From assembly GCF_022045235.1 (NCBI RefSeq), contig NW_027266271.1:31310001-31374000 (forward strand): a stretch of DNA of 64,000 bases, written 5' to 3'. Of this stretch, positions 13,301 to 28,300 are shown one piece after another. Position 1 is the stretch's first letter; every line of letters begins with the position of its first letter. The notes beneath the pieces were generated by a model. The model was not told the origin of the DNA, did no database searches, and was given only the letters and a program-made list of their open reading frames with translations. The translations under genes were made by a program, and so were the position numbers. This DNA is from Haliotis cracherodii. Lineage: Eukaryota.

Positions 13301-16300
13301 CAAGTTTCAGCTTTGAGTGTTGTCAAAGTGAAAAGGTCAAATTAAGGTCAAAACTTATAATATAAAAACGCAACATACATGGTGATCCCAACTACAACCT
13401 ACACATGTACATAATTCATCCCATTTGGACAAGGAGTGCTTGGTAATGACAATGAATAGGTTTTTCAATATGACTGTCGTGGAGGCCATGTTGAACATCG
13501 GATTTGTACCTCTTGAACAAATTGGTGAAATCAAGGATATGAAGTTTCAGCTTCGTTGGCCCAGTGGTTTCTGAGGAGATGTTAAACGACGGGCCACGAC
13601 ACTGACCACGACATAAACTCACGAGACTTTCTTTCACGTGGGCAAAACATAACAATGTAGGCCGGCGCGTAGGAATACTTTTTGAGAGAAAAAATATGTC
13701 CGTCATCTTCAAACCATTGATCAAACTGATCTGATTATTCAGAGTGTATCATCAACAGGAAGGGACTGAACAGACAAGAACATTGGATGAACAGCAGAAA
13801 GTAAGATAACTGCCAAAACACAATGTCAAGACTTGATGTCTTTAATAAGGTCAAATGGTCTCTTTAAACCAGTCTTGGCGATCCTGACCTATGTCCAAGT
13901 TGCCTTGAACTTTGACCAGTTTCTATTCATTTGGCAGGGTTATTCCAATGATTCATTCGATTATTTCGCTGACAACTACAAAACAAAAAGTGTTTGTATG
14001 AAGGCTTGTGTTATGTGATATGCGTATGCATTGTTTCGTCCCAGAGTGAGGTCGATCTTTGCAGCACCTACTGACAGCAGTATTTCATGCTGGTGCTGCC
14101 ATATATGCTCACCTTTTTTCTAGTTCAATATTAATGGGGGCACGAAGGGCCCATTCGTCTAAGTCGTGGCAATACGCTGTGCAGAGTTGTTTCCCTTTAG
14201 GCGTGCCAAAAACCTATGACCGTAAGTTCAGAACAGATTCACCCTGGTGATGTTCTTGGTTTGTCAGCACTCACTCATTCACTAAAGCACACATGCTGAA
14301 ACATTCTCTCTTTTATTGATGTCATGACACACACTGATCACAATGTTACAGTTGTGCAGATGTCTTTGTGTGAAAATTATAGGATAGTAAGTAGGTCAAA
14401 TAACAGTATGCAACTAACTGAGGACATGTCAACATCACATCGATTATCTTCATAATTGTGGGACCAATACATTGAAGAATCCCTCAGACCCCTCAACACC
14501 AGACCCAAAGAACATCAGACCTCTGCCAACAAACTAAAGCTGAAGTCCGCTCTTTCCGAATACAACCTCAAGAGCCAAGGCCATAACATCGTGCGGGAAG
14601 CCACCATAGTGTCTACCATGAACAACAACTGGCAACAAGAAAACTACATGAAGCCATTGACATCAGGAGACACCAGCCAGCCATGAACCGTGACCAGGGA
14701 ACCTATATTTATTGCTTTGACCATTGTCGGGGCACATTATCCAGCTGGCTTCAATTTGTCCATTGTCATTTCCATTCTATTACCTATCAGTGCTAATTAC
14801 CCAAATGCCTTCCATTTGCGTTGTGTTCCTCATAATAAAGAAGTTGACATCCACAAATGATATTCCTTATACTGTATATACATGTAATATTCTATTCTAC
14901 TTACTGGGTGGGCGAGCTTGGAGCGCCTACAACAAATACAAATTTCAAATGACGTGTGGTAATAAACAATAGAATGGATTGCAATCTAGTCACTCTTACA
15001 CGACTTGTTGATGTATTCACGAAACGTCGCACAAGTGTCGGTAAATTTATCAATTTTAAGAACTTTCATCTATTTTGCAGAACCACAACGTTTCATATGT
15101 ACCTACCTCAAGATGCTGTTGTACGGTCTTGTTTCCCATGGTCACGTCAGCCAAATCATCAAGGTTCAACCTTTTGAGGAAGTTTGAATCCAAAGACGTG
15201 TCCCCCTCCGATAACCACATCGCCATCGCTTGGTAGACGAACAGATACTGCTCCTGTATGTATGATAGAGTGAAATGGTTTACAAAATCAGCAGCAGCAA
15301 CGAATGATTTCCCAATCTTGATTTAATTTAATGACTTCTATCCATGACATTTGCCCCTGTGGAGAACTGGGTTAGAACAGGTGCACAACACTCTACTGTA
15401 TGAGACGCGACTAAATTGGACTGATTGCCCGGCCCAGACTGCTATGACAAGCTGTAATATGGCTGCGGCGTTACACGACATTCACTCACTCACTCCAGAT
15501 GAAGATGCGCCTACCTTTGTCTGGATCATGTTCGTCCTCTGTCTCCTCATGTTGGAGGCGATGCTAACAACGTCAACCACGCCCTCTGTCTTGGCCTGCT
15601 CCATGAGACCCTCGACAGCGATGTAGGTCCCTGTACGGCCTATACCGGCACTGGAGATGTTTTGAAAACAGAAAGATATTGAAATAATTATCAGCTGGAA
15701 AAACACATGTACTTCAATACCTTCATTACAAGATACTCCTTTAACACAACGGCCTGTCGTGTTCTCATTGTCATAGATTACATATATTATCTTTCACTTC
15801 AGTTCTTTCTGACCGTTGTGCATACACCTCTCTGTTCTCGTGTGGAGATAGGTTCACCCAGATACACTGAAGGACAATTATACTCAGCTGTTGGTAATCA
15901 CCGAATGACATGAGAAATTCTTTTGTTTATGGAATGGGTGAGCTGATTACCATTACTCTTGATCGTGACACCAAAGCGGTATAAATCATGGTGTCTTGAT
16001 CGGCAATTGTTAAGATGGGCGGAGCTTAGGTTGCATTATTGCACTGAATGATGTCACTCATATCGTATTGATTCTTCAGTTAAAGATAAATAATAAGCAG
16101 TATGTGAATGTATTATTGTTTACTTTGGTTAGAAGCCTCCAATGAAAAAAGACCCGTGAACACACAGAGAACAAACTAGTATGTATGTCTATACCTCCAC
16201 GTACACAAGACATCTTGGAATCTGGTGGAATAGAAACCATTACCTCTTCTGGTAACATTGTAATGCACGATATAGTTAATTGAAGTATGTTCCCTTGTAC

Positions 16301-19300
16301 CTATGAGGTATTCAACTTTTTTAATATAGCAATATTTAAACTCTACATCATTTAACCAATCTGTCAAAATAAAAGAAGGGGTTTGCTGTGCATTCCTTTT
16401 GCGCTTGGAACATTTGTTAAGTCCAGCATCAAATAACACTTTACTTCAGAAGCATATCCGGAAATCCCTCAACCAGATAACAACTGTGGTCTTACTTTCT
16501 AGAAAACAGATAAAAGGAGTATTTCCCTTAATTTCTAACACGCAGCAACATTCCATTGATTACATTGATAACGTTTATGCATGAACGTTCCCAGTTAAGA
16601 AAAACCCGGCTGTGGCGCTAATCCCATTAACCTTTGTCACAAGCAATATGCGACACATATATTTTCACTCTCTGTGTAAATGTATCCCAGTATATTTGGC
16701 GATTTGATTCTTTATCTATATATGGTTATCAGGTTCATAGCGACTGTAGGCTGGCGAGTGCAGTCAACACAAAAATACAACAGCACACGCCATTCACGAC
16801 AAACAAATATTATGCTCCATTCTTACCTGCAGTGAACTATGATTGGCTGCGTCTGCTCCCTGGATGTGACCTTCACCTTGCTAATAAACTCCAGTAGAGC
16901 GGAAGTGTCTGGGACGCCATGATCCGGCCAGCTGGTGAAGTGGAAGTGCTGGAGACACAGCTTCTTGGCAGCCTAAACACAGAGTGGAATTGTAAGTTTA
17001 CTAATGTATTAGTCAGTGTTTATCATATTTCACTAATGGTTATTTGGCAATTCAAACGTTTAATGAAACAAATCTATACTATACCTGATTGTGTTGCACG
17101 GAAAGCTTAGTGACCGTGTAGTTTGCGAAGCGTGTCTGTGTATCCATGGTTACAGATATGTCCCCGTACGTCTCTGTACCTTTCTCCGGCCAATAACGAA
17201 GGCACTTCATCTGTGTTTAAATGTATTTACTTCGATCAAACAGATTACGAATATTCCCCAACACAAACGTTATAAATATAAAACGTCAAGGACAAAGAAT
17301 AACCAGTCTCCAATATCTACCGAAACAAATTCCACTGGGCGTAATGGGCAAAACAGCTGTGAAACATACACAAACTAACGAGCAAAAAACCCGCCACCAA
17401 ACAGTTTTCTAGTCTAAAACAAAACATGCGCAAAATTTAACAGTTGATGTTTTAATATGAAAAACAATTATTCAAAAACGGCATTTGAAAATGACAAGAT
17501 AAAAAAACCCAGGTACTTAAAGTTCTGCAGACAGGTTTATCATGCTGTGCACTGTCGAGTAGTCGATCAGACCCGCAGAATCGACGTCGATCTATTTTAA
17601 AGTCCAGTGCTACACATAAGGCTCAGTATCGGATGTGACAACGAAGCCTTTAGCAACGATGCAGGTCCTAACACGACATCGAACAGGGTACACGAGTCTC
17701 CTGACATCCTGATTTGGGATCCTACGCCATTCTTCCTGCAGGGTTCTTGCCAAGGCATCCCTCGTCAATGGTGCCTGTTGACGTTTCCGAATCAGCGTCC
17801 ACTTTGGTACCAGAGGTACCAATGTAGAATTTGTAGTATTGATTGTTTCCATTTGTCTTGGAGACAGCAACTTCCCCTTTACAGTTGCATTGCATCATCA
17901 TTAAATGTTAGGAAAGTTAAAATTCATTGCTCAGATGCAATCTTACACTCGAGTCCCCGATATTTCATTGTCATATAATGTGTTTGAGTGTGCTTTTGAC
18001 ACTATTTCAGTTATTTTCAGGAAAGCTCGACGTGATGCAGGTATAGACGTATATTATTTTGGTGAAACGCTCGAGATTGGGTCTGTTGCACATCGTGTTG
18101 GCAACTTTGTAACCATCGCCCATATATCGAATTCTTCGAAAGTCGGTGTAACAGAAAATTCATGTGACAGCTTCACCAATATAGCATCATCACCTTGCCT
18201 GCCTCGATGAGACCAGTTGCCATGACAACGATTCTGCATTCTTCCTGCCAGATCATCCCCCAGAAGTTGTCCACAATCTCAAGTCTGTAGGGCCCTGTGA
18301 ACGATATCAGCGATTTCAGTACTTTGCTATACAGAGAGCACGTTGTTTATGGCTTCATCAAAACAGAATAACAAAACACTCGTGTATATATATCAAGGTT
18401 TTCAAGCCACAATACTCTTACGACATTGTAGTGGTGGTCATTAATGTACCAATCAATCCTACCTTGTGCTGCTATGTAGCGCCTTTCGGTGTAGTATCCC
18501 TACAAAATCAATATAGTGGTCAGGTTACACTAGAAACTACAAACGTCAGATTATGTTTGCATAAACCCATTCAGAAACAAGTATATGATCATATATCATA
18601 CTGCGCATACACCGCACTTTATAACATATAATAAGACTATTCGATGGGCTATAGACATAATTTTACAACTAAACAATGCTATTTCACACTGAGCATATAT
18701 TGTAATTTATCACTGTGACAACGATAAAGGGTGGCTTTAGCCTTAATTAAACACTAAACGGTCATATCTCACACTGAACATATCTCGTAATTTATATTGA
18801 TACGATACGGTGGGTTCTGGCCATAATATAACACTAAACGCTCACGTCCACATAGCTGGCGTTGATGTAGTCTCCTCCACCGCCGCTGTTGTCGTCATGC
18901 AGCACCACACGGTTGTAGTCATCTATACAAAGACACACCACCAGATCAGGGACGTAATGTTACAGAATGTGATAAATTATAACCCGATGTTTACTCGCTG
19001 CTTGTCGCGTACATTACATTCAAGTTTAAACGTGCAGCAATTGTACTTTATAGTAATAAGCAAGATAATGTGTACCCTACCTGTAGCACCCGCCACTCGC
19101 AATATGCGCAGAAATTAGTCATGTTTATATACCAACAACTCAAAGGCATTTTTAGGAGCGGTCGGATAACCTGGTGGTTAAAACGTTTACTCGTCACGCC
19201 GAAAACCCGGATTCGATAACCGAATTTGGTACAATGTGTGAAGCCCATTTCCGGTGTTACCGCCGTGATATTACTGGAATATTGCTAAAAGCGCTCACTC

Positions 19301-22300
19301 ACATTTTTTACTGTTATGTGTGCACGTCCTATGTACTACACCACCATTGTAAGACAATCATCGTGGGTTCGGATAGCAATATGTACCAGTACCACTTCAC
19401 TAACTTACACGGGTAGTAGCCTCTAAATCTATTCTTCCCTTTGTTTTCCGACAGCTGAGATTCTTGGTGGGGGTGTATGAAACCACAAGGCAACCCCTGA
19501 AAGTAACAAAAGATATCAGTAGCCGATCAGTGTCAGACGTTCTTGTCTACTTCAAACATATACCGAAACAGCCGAACTGATCTATTTTCAAGCCATTATA
19601 AAAAAAGACCTGAAACTCGTCCTCAGCCTCCTCCGGTCGTTCCACCATTCCCCGAACCTTGACCTCTAACTCTGACACAGGTATCGCAGTACCCATCAAC
19701 ACTTCCCCTACGTTGCAGTAGTTCCTGTCCTGGAGACCCACATCAGCATCTGGTTCAAGGACAGGCGGATCATGGTCCTGCTCAACCTGGATGATGTCCT
19801 GTTGCAGTGGCGGTTCTATGTCATCATCTTCCTCATCTACTTCTCTTTCTACTGTATCTCCCACTTCCTTACCATCTGAGAACATATGACACACATAACA
19901 GTCATATAATATCACACATACTTGTCATATCTGAGAATATATGCCACACATACTTGTTCAACGTTTTATTTTTCTAGAACGTTTAAGGTATACTCAAACA
20001 AAAAGAAACGCAAAGCCAGATTTGTGTGAGGAAGGAAAATACATTTATACGAGGAACCACACTTGGTATTGAGCCAAAGTGTTGTGGAAAGAACACTTGG
20101 TGATTGTAGTCATCTCAGTTATCGGTACATAGGAAAAGTCCCAGGTGAAGGTCAGCTACCATCAATAACGCGTATGTCCGTTGGAATCGATAGCGGCCTG
20201 ACATCTGCTGCCCATGGACGAAACGAGTATGCGAATCATATCCTGGGGAATGGTAGCCAATTCGGCCTGCAACGCAAAAGCCAACTGCTGCAACGTCTGG
20301 GGTTGTGGTTGAAGTTGGCGTAGCCGTCTATCCAATTCATCTCACAGGTGCTCTATCGGGTTCAAATCCGGGGATCTCGAGGGACAGGGGAGAACATCAA
20401 CGTTGTTATTGTGTAGACAGGCTCTTGTGACCCGTGTTGTATGCGGCGGAGCGTTGTCCTGCTGGAATACACCGTTGCCGTTGACTGCAATTGAGAGGGC
20501 GTGTGGTAGGAGAATTTTGTTGATGTATCGTTGCAGCGTAAGACTGCCCTGGATGTGGACCAAACCAGTCCTGCCATGATGAGAGATAGCCGCCTACATC
20601 ATGACCTCACCAAACCTGTCCACTTCCTGTACGCAGTTTCCGGCGTAACGTTCTCCTCGACGTCTGTAGACCCGTGCTTTTCCATCCCCTCGACGGGGCA
20701 TAAATTTTGATTCGTCGCTGAACCTGACATCTCTCCATCGCAGTTGAGGCCATACCCTGTGTTGACGACACCAATGTTGTTGACCATGTTGTCGACTCAA
20801 TGTGACGCGTCGAATTGGACGTCTTGCTCGTTGACCTGCTCGCTCCTAAACGATTCGCACGGTCTGGTCGGAGATTCTGCGGGTATTTAGGATGCGGTTG
20901 AGGTTGCTGTTGTCGTCCTGTCACCTGGCTAAAATCCTGGCTTCAGCCGACCGGGATTCCTCTGCCTGAAAGTGGCCTATGACGTTGTTTCTTTGCACTT
21001 CTGATAATCTTGGCATGTTGTTGGACTGTTACTGTTCGATTGACGCAGATGCCAGGCAATAAAAAAACAGGCACTTTAATACCGTTCATACTGCTGTGGC
21101 TGCACGTGCAGTACGTGCAGCTCCATGGCCCTTTTGTTTCCCGAATAATGGTTTGCATGTTCTTGTAGTGATCATTTTGATCCGGGAAATTTGTCATTGG
21201 TATTATAAGATATTAAACTTCTTCATTTGACACCTCTTGGTCCGCTAATGTTGCTTTTATGGGCAAACATATTCGTATTGCGTTTCTTTTTTAAAGAGTA
21301 TATATGTTGGCTATGTTTTAACATTATCAATATATTCATCCCAAGCAATGATCGGGGGCGCGGGTCGCCCAGTCGTCTAAGGCGCCGTATATTGCATTGA
21401 AGAGTTCCGTCCCTTGTGCACGCCAGAAACCTATGATCGTGGGTTCGAATCCCTGGTTATGTTTCGAGGTTTGACAGCACCATACCAGTGCTCGTGGGTT
21501 TCACCAAAGTGGTAAACGTCTTAGAAGCTGACATGCTGTGATGTAACTGGGATATTGTTCAAAGAAATACTAAAACCCAAGTCACTCACTCATTCACTTT
21601 TTCACTTCCCAATTTCTTACCTAACACGCCAAGATGATAACGAGTGATGATGACTAGATTTGTGCCAATGAGCCCTTGATCTTTTGGCAGTGTTACTTGT
21701 TACATTCCATTCCTATAACTTCCTAAATTCAAACAAATACATGATTCCAAACACCTAAATGTCAAATGCTTTCAATTCTCGAACCAAATCTGAAACGATC
21801 GCGACAATGTTTTGTTAATCATTCAATCCAACACATGCAACAATTAACCAAAACTAAAGTTTAGATGTGTATGGCATCACACATAAATTGTTTGCGTTAA
21901 TAGACAATGCTTACTGTGTTTCTCCGATCTTGTAGAATTCCAATTTTCCGTTTGTCCAACAGGACGTTTTTGCAACAATGCTGCGGACTGTTTTCTCGTT
22001 CGTCGTCTGGAAATATGAAGAGAATTTACAAACACAAGCAACAGGTAAAGTACTGCTGGCAACCACTAAGGGTTTTGAAAACATTGTACTCACACTAGCA
22101 ATACCGTGATGATGACGAAGAATAGAAGTATCACGGCACCGGTTGCACACCCCACAATGATAGACACGGGTAAGGATTCCTGACCTTGAATAACAAAACA
22201 TATTATTGGGTAGATATTGTATGATTTAAGGCCTCAGTAAAGCTTTCAAAACGTTGTATGGTTGACATTTGACGCACCAGTGACAAATATAATGTCCGAT

Positions 22301-25300
22301 GCAGTTCCGTATCTGAATTTACGCCATATGTTGCCTGTTTTTTTAGGTCAACAATTGACTTGTCTTTGCATGCGTTTGTGACGGATGCTGTTGGTAGGGC
22401 GGGATGCGCCAGCCTTTGCGCGAACACCTGGTATCATCACTATTTGATAGTGATTCATGAACACATGTTCTTGATATAATCTTACAATAGACTGATATTA
22501 CCAGAGATTTGTGACTACAGAAAGAGTTTCCTCTCCATTTATTAAAGTAAATGTGAATTGTAGCTATTTTGATGAACGAGTCAAAGTCTACAATATTACA
22601 AGTATAAAGCGTCAAATTCCAGTCAGCCCATGGTGACTGGCTCTACCCGACAACGGGCGCATACGTCTCAGTTGTACGTGTCTTGTCAGAAGATATTGAC
22701 TAAAAATCCGAAACAAAAATGAAAACAGAGACTCTTATCTTGATTTCCCTGATTAACGAATGAAATCGTGGCATATCTGTTTGCAGCACAAAGTAGATAC
22801 ATATCCATTCAACATCATCTGCTTATCATTTAAGATGTATTTGTATTTTTTGTTAAAGCATAAAAGATGTGCCAGCATTACAGGATTGACAATGATTGTA
22901 GCGTTATTATTGTTCTGTGCAAGTTGACCCTGCTATGGCACAAATGGAATGTTACGTTGTCCAACGGCAGATTCTAAGAGACCTGTCGGAATAATTTGAC
23001 GATACTTGTCTGAGTTAATGTTATCCCCAACAAGGACTGCTATCATAGTGATACAACCACACACTGCCAGACGGGGTGAAAGCTTCGGAACCATTTCACA
23101 GATTCCCCTCCTCTGAACCATCTTTTCCCAGATTTCTGTACAGCTGGAACACTGACTCATCTATACAAATCACATTATCTAAAACTGCAAGGATTTTTAC
23201 CAGTGCATCCGGCCAAACGACCATGTGTGCGTCAGTTATTGGAGGGATTTGCCGTTATTTCCAGTAGCTAATGTCGTGTTCTACAAACTGTCCATTCTGA
23301 TGCCTCTCCTCCCAATTCCTAAACCAATATGTTTAGCGGACATCATCGGATGAGTGCGGGCAAGTCGATCAACACGTCGTCTGTGTTTGGCGTTATAAAT
23401 GAGTCGACGCACATGTACTGATCTCAGCTGACACAATGCATCGATGCCCGAGCCAATCTGCTTTAGATTATGCTACACAAAAGAGGGGAATGCCGGCCAT
23501 GCTATGCATCTCGCGTGTAGTTTTGTACCCGTTTGTGTACAGATAATAAGGAAAGATTCGTTTTTCAAATTCTGATATGTATCGAGGATAATATACTATA
23601 AACTTTGAAATATACTGATAGTTCATGGTTGAAAAAGTACTGGGGTAAGATATGAATTTGAAACTACAAGACACCTAACAAGTTTGAATTGTTGTAAATT
23701 TGTGCCTTAAAAGCAAATCCATTTATTTTCAAAGATAACATTCAAATATACCCTTCAGCAGTTGTATATTCTGAGATTTGGTTTTAATTTAGAAGTTTGA
23801 AATCCAATTGCACTTTAAAGCATAAAATAAGGATAAGATCAACTGAGAGGTACAGTTTCTTTTTCCCCACGGTTTATTTTGGCTGCAATGTGCAATGAAG
23901 TATTTGATGTGAAGGTGCAAGCAATGTTATTACGAAAACATACCTTGTGCACAGTCATCGCCCGTCCAACCCACGAGACATCCAGTGTCACATGACCCGT
24001 TGTAGCGGTCACATGATGAGTTGGTGCCAGCACACTTCCTCTCCACACATGCTTTGTTACAGTCGACACCATAGTGACTGGCGTTGCATTCTGACATAAA
24101 GTGGATAAACGTTCCGTTTTCAGGTTTGTGTATTCTCATAATGAAACCAAAAAATAATCGCCTTAAAAAGTGAGACAAAAACTGATTTGTTTCAGATATT
24201 TCAGATATGCAAAACAGTAAATAATGACATTTTAAGGAAAATAATGACATGATAAAAAGGGATTCGTTTCGTTGAGGTGAAGGCGATAGGCAAATGCTGT
24301 GCAAGCAGATTTACCCCGGCTGCAGTCTTGACCCATCCATCCGGCCTCGCATCCGGGCTCACACCTCCCAGTCACGTGATTACATGGTGAAGTTCTCTGA
24401 CAGTTTCTTTTCAGGCATTCGTTCGCGCATCCATCTCCGTAAGTACCTTTGCTACATTCTGCAAACATAAAATGGAAGTGGGATTGGCGTATATTGATGC
24501 TTTTTAGATAATTTAGATAGATTAGCGCGATAATTCGACAACACATTATCTTAAAACATTTCGGCTCAGATATCAGCATGTTCCAGAAGGAGGACTGGGA
24601 ATGTTCGAGAATCATTGCTTAAAGAAACCATGAAATACATGGTATAACATCTTTTCATAATGTGAATAACACTGAAGATCATTCTTAAATTAGCAGGTTA
24701 TACCTCGGGTGCAGTCACTCCCATTCCACCCTGGAAGGCATCCAGTGACACACCACCCGGTATGACGATCACATGATGTGGTGCCAGCTACACAATTTCG
24801 TTCCGCACAGGCTTTGTTACAGTTTATTCCATAGTTGCCTGTGTCACATTCTGTAGGACACATGGAGATGGACATGAAAACGACAAATTGATGTTTCATG
24901 AGACATGAAGTCATGTTTAATGTTAGATACGTTAGAAAGATATAGTTCGAAAAAACAATTGTTTCAAAACATTTGGACTTAGATATCAGAATGTTCCAGA
25001 ATGAGGACTGCAAATGTTCCAGAATGCTGGCTTAAAAAAAAACATGAAGTACACTGAATAACATCTTTTCATCATGTGAATAACACTGAAGGCAATTTAT
25101 GAAAAGGGAAGTAGCAGGTTATACCTCGGGTGCAGTCACTCTCTCTCCATCCAGGAAGGCATCCAGCGACACACGACCCGGTATGACGATCACATGGTGT
25201 GGTGCCAGCTACACAATTTCGTTCCGCACAGGTTTTGTTACAGCTTATTCCATAGTTGCCTGTGTCACATTCTTGAGTAGACGTGAGATTGACATGAAAA

Positions 25301-28300
25301 AAGAAAGTAAAATATGTTTTATCAGCCTCAATGTGCTGTTCAAGAGTGTTAAAATAAAAGGGTCATGCTCATGTTGACATCAACTTTTGATATTACGAGT
25401 CACTTGTGTCGACAATGTTTTTACATCTGGCTAAAATGTATCAAATATACCATTTTTAACTTGGTGCAAGTCCTTAGTATCAGTTTTATTGAAGTCCGCC
25501 CCTAACGCACATTAAGGCAAACTTAGGTGGCCTAATGGGTTTTTGCAACTCTTTCATATCGACATCTCACATGTACTCTGCCAAAATAGAAACGCAAAAG
25601 AACTTAAATCCAGTGTTGCCGACATCCATACAAAATAAATACCAAAAAGGAATTGGTCATTTCTGCATGGATTGGGATTCATTTGTGTCGATAGAATGAG
25701 GTAGTGCAGAAATTTGATGATGAGATGAACAAATGGCAATAACCCACTCACGAGAGAGCCTGGCGCAGAAACACACCAACATGATATACACGTGAAAATT
25801 CACTTCTTGGGCATCCATTTGCATGTCATCACAGTCGTACAGCAAGTGAACAGCGAAAACATGCCACGCCTGACGGAATCCCAATGCAACAACGCCATCG
25901 GCCGATTGCAAACAGGAGAATTATCTTCTGCTGTAGCCTGTTTTTTCCACGTAGCACCGAACACCATTACAAGACTGACTGTGGAACCGTTATCAGACAC
26001 GCGGGACCTTCCCATTCCAGTCGACCAGCAACAAACACAGAACTTCCGACAGTTGGCACAAGCACTGCAGGAAGAGTGGGTGAACATTCCTATTGCCACA
26101 ATTCGGGATCTGATTGCTTCCATTGGACGATGATGCCAGTCAAATTTGGACCCTAAAGGTGGCCATACAAGTATTGAGAACAGATGACCTTCACTTTGAA
26201 AATCTACTGTTCCATGTGTGCCGAATAGAACCTTGTGTAACACTATCGAGTGTGGCCAGAGGCTGTGTAGACAGGTGGGCTTATTGTGATCATCAGAAGA
26301 AACAGTTACTGACCCATGGTAATAAGAAAGGAGGCACCCACCATGCATTCTTGTATTTAATGACCAGGTGATGGTCATTGATCGGACAGTGGTTGACCAA
26401 GAGTTTCTAGTTTATTGTACAATGAACACCCCCACCCCCCCCCCCAAGATTTGAGGGTCACAGCTTATCGGCTAAGAAACCCCTATATAAACAACACTGT
26501 CAGTGAAGTCGGGGAGAGAGGCACGGGGGGCACTGAACGGGGCCAGACCGACAGAGCAGTCCAGACGGAACGGCATAAGAACACAAGCCAACGGCCAACA
26601 GCTAACAGTCGACTCATTGCAAAGAAGGGACGAGCTCTTGTCACACTTGGTCACGCCTGAAAAAGCCCATAGCCTCTCTCACAGTCTCTGCCACGCGCTT
26701 GTTAGCCGTTAGTAGTACCAGCGTATAGACAGTTCTTATTCTTAAAGCTGCTGAAAACAGAGACCGTTTTGTCTGTTGTGCTACACTAGGTCACTGAAAA
26801 TGATGTGCAAATTTTGAACAATCGATTACCGTTATTTATGATGGTTGCTGAGCATTTTCCTATTTGAATATTTGAAGTCTACATGCTATTAAATTTATTT
26901 AACGTTCAACATTATTGTCCCTCAAAGTTTACATTTAAAAACATGTGACCGGCCATATCGTCATTATTCAAAACATGTCATAAAGATAATATCATGATTC
27001 GTTATGCAATGGCCAAATTTGCTATTCAAAACATGATCATGACATAATTTATACACCTGTCAAAATGCTTTACAAGTGTAGAATAAGGGCAATACACACA
27101 CAGACAACTAGGTCACACTTCACCTGACAGTAAGACCTCCTCACCTGTATCACACCTGTCTCCCTGCCACCCTGGTCTACAGTCTCCAGGACACACACCA
27201 CTGTCTGGGTCACACTACACCTGACAGTAAGACCTCCTCACCTGTATCACACCTGTCTCCCTGCCACCTTGGTCTACAGTCTCCAGGACACACACCACTG
27301 TCTTGGTCACACTACACCTGACAGTAAGACCTCCTCACCTGTATCACACCTGTCTCCCTGCCACCCTGGTCTCCAGTCTCCAGGACACACACCACTAACT
27401 GGAGAACAATACACCTGACAGTAAGACCTCCTCACCTGTATCACACCTGTTTCCCTCCACCCTGGTCTACAGTCTCCAGGACACACACCACTGACTGGGT
27501 CACACTACACCTGACAGTAAGACCTCCTCACCTGTATCACGCCTGTCTCCCTGCCACCCTGGTCTCCAGGACACACACCACTGACTGGGTCACACTACAC
27601 CTGACAGTAAGACCTCCTCACCTTTATCACACCTGACTCCCTGCCACCCTGGTCTACAGTCTCCAGGACACACACCACTGTCTGGGTCACAGGAGCTGTT
27701 TTGACAGTGGCAGAATTTGTTGCAGAATTTGCCATATGTCCCATGACTGCAGACTGCACATATAAAAAGCAGGAATCACATATGTCATAGTCAAGTGAAA
27801 CATCGTTAATTCAAATGGGGTTCATTGAGACAGTATGAGTTACAATATTAGAAGACGTATGGGGAGGTTAGGTGAAATGGCGTTTAACGTTGCATGCAAG
27901 ATTATTGCACGTATAGGTACTTGTCCAGACTGATGCCGATTTATTGTGCTGCCGACTGAGATACCATGCCACAGTTTACCATGAATACCCAACTCAGACA
28001 CAGTATACTGACTCCGAGCCGACCAGTGCTGGTTTTATCCCCTTAATGCTGAGCGCAAGATAGGATAACAACAGGTACCATCTTTAAACGTCTTTTGGCA
28101 TGACGCGCCGGGGATTCAACCCCCGACCTACTGCTCTCCGGGCAGACGCTCAATCAATAGACCACAGAGGTGGTCAGAAGACGTGCGGTGTTTGAGTATT
28201 TTAATACTATTCTAATGTATTCTAACTGTATGTACGATTCAATAACAAGACAAAACTTCTGAATCACACAAAAACTACTCAGTCATGATACTGCGTTGAA

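Noticed and set aside
21620-21725. Possible extra juxtamembrane exon (GTAAGA donor)
   Set aside because: Stops in all frames from the obvious acceptor, and the flanking exons already join in phase.
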